Below are positions 57,915-64,000 of a DNA stretch of 64,000 nt, piece after piece (position 1 is the stretch's first letter; each line of letters begins with the position of its first letter). A program made the position numbers and the translations under genes. Source of the DNA: Alphaproteobacteria bacterium (GTDB taxonomy: Bacteria > Pseudomonadota > Alphaproteobacteria > UBA2966); contig OZ219858.1 in assembly GCA_964291395.2 (NCBI GenBank), forward strand, positions 416,001 through 480,000, read 5' to 3'. The notes under the pieces are model-generated. The model had not been told where the DNA came from, did no database searches, and worked only from the letters and a program-made list of their open reading frames with translations.

Positions 57915-58811
57915 CTAGCGTCTTCGTGCAATGCGCAACCGTGCACCACGCCGCTCCAGAAGCGAAGGCAGCAGGACGCCAAAGACGACCATGCCAATGG
58001 CCGCTGCGTCCGCCATCGTGACCGGCGTACCAAGATAACCCCACGCCATGACCGCGCCCATGGGGGCGACCAGGGACACGAACAGTCCCACCTGTCCCAC
58101 AGGCAAGTGGCGCAGAGAGAAGTTATAGAGGACGAAGGGGATCGCGCCGCCCATGACGCCGATGAAGCCGATGAGCGCGGCAATCTCGTAATCGAAGCGC
58201 GCGAGATAGACGGGCGGGCGCTCGAAAGTCACGAGCACGAGCAGGCTGAGGAGCGCGGCCACTGTGAGCTGCAGCGCGCTCACGGCGGCCGCGCTTCCGT
58301 GGGTCTGTGCCACCCGGCGGGCGACGAGCTGGTTGGCACAGATGAACAGAACGGCAACGACACACAGCAAATCGCCCTTGAGCGAGCCGCCGCCATGATC
58401 GCCTTGCCCCTGGACCAGGAGAACGGTTCCTGCGACGGCGGTGACGGCGCCGAGGAGAATGCCTGCCCGAAGGGGCTCCCGCAGCACGAGCCAGCCGAGC
58501 ACGGGCATGAGGATCGGCACGGTGCCGATGATGACGCTGGCGCTGACGACGCTCGTGTTGGCGACCCCCCAGACCAGGAACAGCGCGGCCATGCCGGGTT
58601 CCAGCAGGCCCATGACGATCGGTCCGGGTCCGACGCGCCTGAGCCCTCCGAGCTGGCCCGCCGTTGCCGCCAGCAGGAACATCAGGACCGCGCCGATGAG
58701 GAAGCGCATGCCGGTGATCTCGGTCACCGCCAGGAATTCGACGGCCAGCTTGTTGGCGACCATCGTCGATGCCCAGCAGGCGGTTGCCAGGACTATGGCG
58801 AGTATGGGCAT
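57915..58811 (-). CDS. DMT/EamA-family transporter
   Basis: About ten TM segments, two EamA repeats (LRE.L; GD.L). Confidence 0.88.
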   Translation of the reverse strand: MPILAIVLATACWASTMVANKLAVEFLAVTEITGMRFLIGAVLMFLLAATAGQLGGLRRVGPGPIVMGLLEPGMAALFLVWGVANTSVVSASVIIGTVPILMPVLGWLVLREPLRAGILLGAVTAVAGTVLLVQGQGDHGGGSLKGDLLCVVAVLFICANQLVARRVAQTHGSAAAVSALQLTVAALLSLLVLVTFERPPVYLARFDYEIAALIGFIGVMGGAIPFVLYNFSLRHLPVGQVGLFVSLVAPMGAVMAWGYLGTPVTMADAAAIGMVVFGVLLPSLLERRGARLRIARRR

Positions 58812-58878
58812 GCCGGCGTGTCAATGATGGTGAGCAGCGCTGCCGCCCACCTTGTGGATTGGGAGAGGGTGATCGGAC

Positions 58879-60015
58879 TTAAGCGCTTTCGCCAGCCGCG
58901 TTGCGGTCCTTGCGCCACAGCGAATCCTGTCGCGGCACGGCCACGTACTGGTCCGGCCAGCCGCCGTCGCGCATTCCCAGCTCCTGTGATGCGTGGAGAG
59001 TCCAATACGAGTCGCGAAGGTGGCCGCGGGCCATGGCGACGAGATCGGCGTCGCCCCGTTCGAGAATGCCCTCCACCTCCTCCACCGTATTGATATTCCC
59101 GACCGCCATGGTCGCGACGCCTGCCTCTTGCCTGATGCGCCGGGCGTAAGGGACGTATCCGAGGGGTGCCGGCCGAGGGATCATCGACCGGCCCGTGATG
59201 GCACCCGCGGACGCGGTGATGTAGTCGACACCGTGTTCCCTGAACAGTTTGGAGATTTCCACCGCGTCGTCGTCCGTATTCCCGCCTTCGATGCCATCGA
59301 TCGCCGAGATCCGCACGCCAACCGGCATGTCGTCCGGCACCTCCGCGCGTACGGCGTCAGCCACCCGCAGGGAGAAGCGCATGCGGTTGGGCAGGCCGCC
59401 TCCATATTCGTCGTTGCGCTTGTTGGAGATCGGCGACATGAACCCGGACATCAGATATCCGTGCGCACCGTGGAGCTCGATCAAGTCGAACCCCGCAGCG
59501 GCCGCACGGCGGGCGGCGGCACCGAACTGACCGACGACCTCGTCGATCATTGCCTGGTCCATGGCCTTGGGGACCTGATTGTCCTCGTCGTAGGGTTCCG
59601 CGGTCGGTGCGATGACCTCCCAGTTTCCCGATTCCAGGGGTTGGTTCTGGCCCAGCCATAGCGGTTTGGTGGAGGCCTTCCGCCCGGCATGTCCCAGCTG
59701 AATCCCGATCCTGGAATTGGTGCGCCGGTGAACGAACTCCGTAATGCGCCGCCATGCGTCGGCCTGCTCGTCCGTGTAGATGCCGGTGCATCCCGGTGTA
59801 ATGCGTCCGATGGGCGAGACGGCCGTCATCTCCGCAATGACCAGTCCGGCGCCGCCGACCGCTCGGGACCCCAGGTGAACCAGGTGCCAGTCGTTGGGAA
59901 CGCCCCCTTCGGCCGAATACTGGCACATGGGCGAAACGACGACGCGGTTGGGGAGCTCCAGCCCGCGGAGGGTATACGGCGATAGTGTGAGCGAGACTTC
60001 GTGCGGCTCTGTCAT
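58879..60015 (-). CDS. NADH:flavin oxidoreductase (Old Yellow Enzyme, YqjM-like)
   Basis: NRVVVSPMCQYS, QLGHAGRK, ELHGAHGYL and R.DEYGG motifs. Confidence 0.93.
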   Translation of the reverse strand: MTEPHEVSLTLSPYTLRGLELPNRVVVSPMCQYSAEGGVPNDWHLVHLGSRAVGGAGLVIAEMTAVSPIGRITPGCTGIYTDEQADAWRRITEFVHRRTNSRIGIQLGHAGRKASTKPLWLGQNQPLESGNWEVIAPTAEPYDEDNQVPKAMDQAMIDEVVGQFGAAARRAAAAGFDLIELHGAHGYLMSGFMSPISNKRNDEYGGGLPNRMRFSLRVADAVRAEVPDDMPVGVRISAIDGIEGGNTDDDAVEISKLFREHGVDYITASAGAITGRSMIPRPAPLGYVPYARRIRQEAGVATMAVGNINTVEEVEGILERGDADLVAMARGHLRDSYWTLHASQELGMRDGGWPDQYVAVPRQDSLWRKDRNAAGESA

Positions 60016-60119
60016 GCGGAGATACTTTCTTTAGGGCGCGGTCAAGACTAGCGATCAACCAGACCACCGCACGGTGCGGGTACCGGTACCTGCGCAACGG
60101 CGGCGGTCTCAAAGTCGCG

Positions 60120-60215
60120 GCGCGGATCGTCGTTGGTGGGCTTGTTGGCCAGGGTGCTCACGGGATGGGCGGTCATTGTGTCCGCCGGGTACGGGCCGAG
60201 CGGCGGCGCCTTGAC
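60120..60215 (-). pseudogene. C-terminal remnant of an SOS response-associated peptidase (SRAP/YedK)
   Basis: Translation VKAPPLGPYPADTMTAHPVSTLANKPTNDDPR resembles the recalled SRAP tail L.PYP...M..YPVS..VN...ND.P. Confidence 0.6.
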
Positions 60216-60219
60216 CCAA

Positions 60220-60702
60220 TCAATCACTCGGCAGAAATTCGTCGTGGCCTCCGGCGGAAGGCCCGCCTTCGCGCCAGGAGAATATCTCCCAAAGGTAGCC
60301 GTCCGGATCCTTGAAGTAGGCCGCATAGACGTTCCAAGGGTACGCCTTCGGCTCACCCAGGAAGGGAACATCGTTACGGACCAAACGGGCATAGTGATGG
60401 TCGACAGCGCTCGTTGTCGGAAGTTCGCATGCAAGCATGATGCTCTGCGTTCCCTCAGGTCGAGGCGCCAGCTCACAGCCGATTGACCGCTCGACGTGCG
60501 AAGCTTCCCACAAGGCCAGGATCGCGCGGTCGGTCTTGAAGCAGGCGAAACCCTCGTTCGTGCGATAGAGTTCAAGGCCTACCTGGTCGCGGTAGAAGGC
60601 AAGGGAACGCTCAACGTCGCTCACGAGCAATGTCGGCGCGGTGAGGGACAATGACTCCACTACGTCGTTGGGGGTGTTGGAGTTTTCTTGGTCCCTAGGC
60701 AT
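60220..60702 (-). CDS. VOC/glyoxalase-fold protein (paralog 3)
   Basis: LLVSDVERSLAFYRD and YF.DPDG..WE motifs; start inferred at ATG 60702. Confidence 0.85.
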   Translation of the reverse strand: MPRDQENSNTPNDVVESLSLTAPTLLVSDVERSLAFYRDQVGLELYRTNEGFACFKTDRAILALWEASHVERSIGCELAPRPEGTQSIMLACELPTTSAVDHHYARLVRNDVPFLGEPKAYPWNVYAAYFKDPDGYLWEIFSWREGGPSAGGHDEFLPSD

Positions 60703-61135
60703 CGTCAACCGGGATATTTTGGGGTGGCCCCCCTTCTGCCCAAGTGTAGATCTCCCACAGATTCCCGTCGGGATCGGCGAAGTAGGCTGCGTAGGCATTC
60801 CAATCGTGCATACGGGGCGGATTGAGAAACTCTATGCCCCGTTCCTTTAGCTTGAAATACTGATCATCCACGGCTTCCCTTGATTGGAGATGACAGGCCA
60901 CGATCGAGCCCTGATACGGGTCGATGAGTTCAGCGCTCCGATACCCGAGCGCCTCTTCGACCTGCGCCACTTCCCAGAGAGCGAGGTCTGCGCCGACGCC
61001 CCGAATGTTTGCAAATCCCTTGTTCACGCGCGTCGGTGTCATGCCCATCTTATTTATGTAGAAGTCCAGCGATCGTTGGATGTCTTCGACCAGCAGGCAT
61101 GCCGCGTTGAGGGAGAGCTCCTTGAGTTCACTCAC
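60695..61135 (-). CDS. VOC/glyoxalase-fold protein (paralog 2)
   Basis: LLVEDIQRSLDFY and YFADPDGNLWE motifs; GGAGCAGGA upstream. Confidence 0.88.
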   Translation of the reverse strand: MSELKELSLNAACLLVEDIQRSLDFYINKMGMTPTRVNKGFANIRGVGADLALWEVAQVEEALGYRSAELIDPYQGSIVACHLQSREAVDDQYFKLKERGIEFLNPPRMHDWNAYAAYFADPDGNLWEIYTWAEGGPPQNIPVDDA

Positions 61136-61171
61136 ATTCCTGCTCCCGTATTCCTTAATTGCATCTCGCGG

Positions 61172-61624
61172 CTAAGCCTCATCTACAGGAATGTCTTCTG
61201 GTGGGCCGCCTTCCTGCCATGTGAAGAGCTCCCAAATGTTTCCGTCGGGATCGGCGAAGTAGACCGCATAGACATTCCAATCATGAGACTGGGGAGGAGC
61301 AACAAACTCGACTCCTCGGGAACTCAGCTCATCGTGCCAGGCATCCACCTGCCGGGGAGAATCGAGACGGCAGGCAATCATCATTTTTCGCAGCTTGCCG
61401 TCGATGGCACCCGCATTGATGCCGAGCCCTTCGCGGACAAGGCCCGCTTCCCACAGGGCGAGATCCGCGATCGGGGATTCGAACTTGCCGAACCCCTTGT
61501 TGACCCTGATCAGATCGAGGCCAACCTTATCGCGGTAGAACTTGATGGATCGCTGGACATCCTCGACGACCAGCGCGATGGAAGTGATTGGCAGCTTTTC
61601 ATCCTGACCCATTGTGAGCCCCAT
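61172..61624 (-). CDS. VOC/glyoxalase-fold protein (paralog 1)
   Basis: LVVEDVQRSIKFYRD and YFADPDGNIWE motifs. Confidence 0.88.
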   Translation of the reverse strand: MGLTMGQDEKLPITSIALVVEDVQRSIKFYRDKVGLDLIRVNKGFGKFESPIADLALWEAGLVREGLGINAGAIDGKLRKMMIACRLDSPRQVDAWHDELSSRGVEFVAPPQSHDWNVYAVYFADPDGNIWELFTWQEGGPPEDIPVDEA

Positions 61625-61688
61625 CTTGGTCCGGTCCTTGATGTTGCGGCTTACCGGTTTCCAGTTCGCCGAGGATTTTCCCTCCGCA

Positions 61689-62522
61689 TCACGTTTGCTG
61701 TCCGGTGTCCCACCTGATTACCAGACGCTCAGCCAGGCTGACAAAGGAGAAGAACAGGACTGCCAGTCCTGAGGACAGGAAGATCGTCGCGTAGAGCAGC
61801 GCCGATCGATAATTGAAGGTGGCATCGATGATCAGTGCGCCGAGACCGAAGTTCGAGCCGATCCACTCCCCAACGATTGCGCCGATGACGCACGTCGTTG
61901 ATGCGATCTTGAGCGCAGCAAATAGGTAGGGAAGGGATCTGTAAACGCGGATTTTCCAGAAGACCTCCCACTCGCTTGCGGACAGCACGCGCATGAGTTC
62001 CAGCTCCTGCGGAGTCACTGATTTCAGGCCGCGGATGACATTGACCAGGGTCGGGAAAAAGGAAATCAGGGCGGCGATCGCAACCTTGGGCGCATAGCCC
62101 GTGCCGAATATCAGCACAAGGATCGGCGCGATCGCGAGTATCGGTATCGTGTTGATGAACACGGCGATCGGGTAGAACGCGCGCTCGACGGTCGCGTTGT
62201 GTACGAACGCAACAGAAATGATGATCGCGACAGTGTTGCCGGCTACGAATCCGGCCAAGCTTTCAAGCGCAGTCGGGATGAAGTTCTGAAAAAGGACCGG
62301 ACCCCATTCCACAAATGTCTTTGCGATCGCGACCGGTGTCGGTGCGATGTACTCCGGAACCCCGAACACAACGATTCCCACCTGCCAAAGCACGAGGATA
62401 CCCGCCGCAGCAAGCCACGGCGCGGACTTTTCGAGGGCCGGACGCCTTGGCGGGGACGAGGTGCTTCCTTGCTCTCGCATATCTGCCGGGCTTGTCGCCT
62501 GACTGCTCTTCTTGATCAGCAC
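61689..62522 (-). CDS. ABC transporter permease (NitT/TauT family)
   Basis: P.LAIAP, FFP.LVN..RGL, LPYLF.ALK and GAIVGEW motifs; true start may be ATG 62480. Confidence 0.9.
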   Translation of the reverse strand: MLIKKSSQATSPADMREQGSTSSPPRRPALEKSAPWLAAAGILVLWQVGIVVFGVPEYIAPTPVAIAKTFVEWGPVLFQNFIPTALESLAGFVAGNTVAIIISVAFVHNATVERAFYPIAVFINTIPILAIAPILVLIFGTGYAPKVAIAALISFFPTLVNVIRGLKSVTPQELELMRVLSASEWEVFWKIRVYRSLPYLFAALKIASTTCVIGAIVGEWIGSNFGLGALIIDATFNYRSALLYATIFLSSGLAVLFFSFVSLAERLVIRWDTGQQT

Positions 62523-63274
62523 GTCGCCAGGACCTTCCTCAGATGCGCCGTGGTTTGGATGAAATCCTGCGCATCGCGGTCACGCGGCGTGCTTGAGTCC
62601 AGCGGCACGTCGACGACTTCGCGAAGACGGCCGGGATGCGATGCCATCACCAGGACTCGTTGCCCAAGGTAGGTCGCCTCCGGGATGCTGTGGGTCACGA
62701 ACAGCACCGTGGTTCCGGTCTCTCGCCAAATCTTGAGGAGCTCGTCGTTCAGCGCGTCTCGCGTGATCTCATCGAGGGCGCCAAACGGTTCATCCATCAG
62801 GAGCACACGCGGCTCGCACACCAAGGCTCTCGCAATGGCGACACGCTGGCGCATTCCACCCGAGAGCTCGCTCGGCAGCGCACCCTCTCTGCCGGCGAGA
62901 CCGACGAGAGCAAGAAGTTCTTCCGGAGTCCGTTGCAGTCCGCTCTGCGACCCTTTCGGACCTACCTCAAGCGGAAGGCAGACGTTCTCCAGCGCAGTAC
63001 GCCACGGCAACAACGTCGCGTCCTGGAATACGAACGAGATGAGCCTGCTCATTCGTGCGGCTGAGGGAGTGCCACCAAATACCGTTACGGACCCTGCCGT
63101 TGGAGCGACAAGATCCGCAACAACTCTCAAGAGAGTCGATTTTCCGCAACCGGAAGGGCCGATTATGGAAGCGAAGCCCCCTTCCGGAATCTCTGCAGTG
63201 AGGCCCTCTATGGCCGTGACCGTTCCACTCTCCGATTGAAAGCGGACGCATACATCCTCAAGGACAAGCGCCAT
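62516..63274 (-). CDS. ABC transporter ATP-binding protein (NitT/TauT family)
   Basis: [26 protein letters not shown] and FVTHS motifs. Confidence 0.93.
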   Translation of the reverse strand: MALVLEDVCVRFQSESGTVTAIEGLTAEIPEGGFASIIGPSGCGKSTLLRVVADLVAPTAGSVTVFGGTPSAARMSRLISFVFQDATLLPWRTALENVCLPLEVGPKGSQSGLQRTPEELLALVGLAGREGALPSELSGGMRQRVAIARALVCEPRVLLMDEPFGALDEITRDALNDELLKIWRETGTTVLFVTHSIPEATYLGQRVLVMASHPGRLREVVDVPLDSSTPRDRDAQDFIQTTAHLRKVLATC

Positions 63275-63331
63275 CCTCGTTCTCGTTGCCTCACCGAGGA
63301 GTTGGAACGAACGCTGACGACGGCATTCAGA

Positions 63332-64000
63332 CTAGCCGAGCTTGGGGCGAGCCTCGGCCGTAGCTCCAAGGACGGACAAGGTCATTACGTCGTCGACCGC
63401 AGGAACAGTCCTGCCCTTGAACTGGTCGATCGCCGCATAGTCCTTGATCTGTTGAGCCCAATTCTCCTTTTCCATCGTGCCCCAGCCACCCTTTTTCGTG
63501 GCGTCGTTGTAGGCAAGCTCCCGGATTATGGGAACGGTCTTCAGTTCGACCTCGCGGTCGAGATTGGGGTACTCCTTGACCAGCAGGTCAACGGCTTTTT
63601 CCGGGTTGTTGTAGACGTACGCCCAGCCCTTCGAGGCAGCTCGGATGAATCCTGCGATGGTGTCGAAGTTCTCGTCGAGACCCTCGTCAGAGACGTAGTA
63701 GGTATTGGCGTACACCCGTATCCCAACGTCCCAGAAGCGCATGGTGATAACGTCCGGGCCCAGCACCTCCAGGGCCTTTGTGTTTGTGAACCAGCCGGCA
63801 ACGGTGTCTACATCTCCCCGAACGAGAAGGGAGTAGTCAGCGCCAATGATCTTCACGTTGACCTTGTCTTCTGGAATTCCGTGTTTCGCCAACAGCGCGC
63901 GCAGCTGGAAATGGGCACCCTTGGGGGTTGCAACAGTCTTCCCGATCAGGTCCTGCGGTGACCGGATGGGGCTGCGTGGCAATGAGAAGTATGAAAAGGG
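63332..64000 (-). CDS. ABC substrate-binding protein (NMT1/THI5-SsuA family), 5' end outside the window
   Basis: Frame open to the window edge: PFSYFSLP..PI..P.DL.GK.V, F.RA..KGW.Y...NPE.AV. Confidence 0.85.
   Translation of the reverse strand, partial: PFSYFSLPRSPIRSPQDLIGKTVATPKGAHFQLRALLAKHGIPEDKVNVKIIGADYSLLVRGDVDTVAGWFTNTKALEVLGPDVITMRFWDVGIRVYANTYYVSDEGLDENFDTIAGFIRAASKGWAYVYNNPEKAVDLLVKEYPNLDREVELKTVPIIRELAYNDATKKGGWGTMEKENWAQQIKDYAAIDQFKGRTVPAVDDVMTLSVLGATAEARPKLG

Noticed and set aside
1-64000. CRISPR arrays, rRNA genes, integrases and intact transposases
   Set aside because: No regularly spaced repeats or matching protein motifs were seen by eye.

Overview
GC-rich bacterial chromosomal window, most consistent with an alphaproteobacterium (judged from gene content, gene order and an alpha-type LexA-like box; no database search was possible). 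From left to right it holds: (1) the accessory/maturation end of a probable tungsten-dependent formate dehydrogenase locus (TorD-type chaperone, DUF3306/DUF3305-like proteins, polyferredoxin, a TupA-like/cytochrome c hybrid, Mrp/ApbC, a biotin/lipoate-ligase-like protein, small conserved hypotheticals, tupBCA); (2) housekeeping genes (gloB, two GSTs, metW-metX, chorismate mutase-hisC-tyrA); (3) a roughly 10 kb accessory, possibly inverted, segment (decayed torD copy, SDR, chaC, Rieske oxygenase, GMC oxidoreductase, GFA, PNPOx-like, vapBC, nrdJ); (4) a core block (plsC, ydcF, gmhB, ftsXE, hpt, lysA, argH, tlpA, hbd, etfAB, pduO, mcd-like acyl-CoA dehydrogenase, gluQ, alkA, esterase, second vapBC, HNH nuclease, coq7, dsbB, dedA, tRNA-Leu(CAA)); and (5) a mosaic accessory region after the tRNA (two cupins, amidase, cytochrome c'/cytochrome b, gene remnants, MDR, DMT, OYE, three tandem VOC paralogs and an NMT1/SsuA-type ABC importer). 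No CRISPR array, rRNA, integrase or intact transposase was seen. The best candidates for undescribed biology are the ABC importer with three VOC proteins lacking the first metal ligand, the W-FDH accessory cluster with its TupA-like cytochrome, and a three-hairpin leader upstream of the HNH nuclease. Three gene scars (torD, SRAP, solute-binding protein) mark recombination junctions. Three single-base frameshifts may be sequencing errors. Family names come from recalled motifs and should be confirmed by HMM search.
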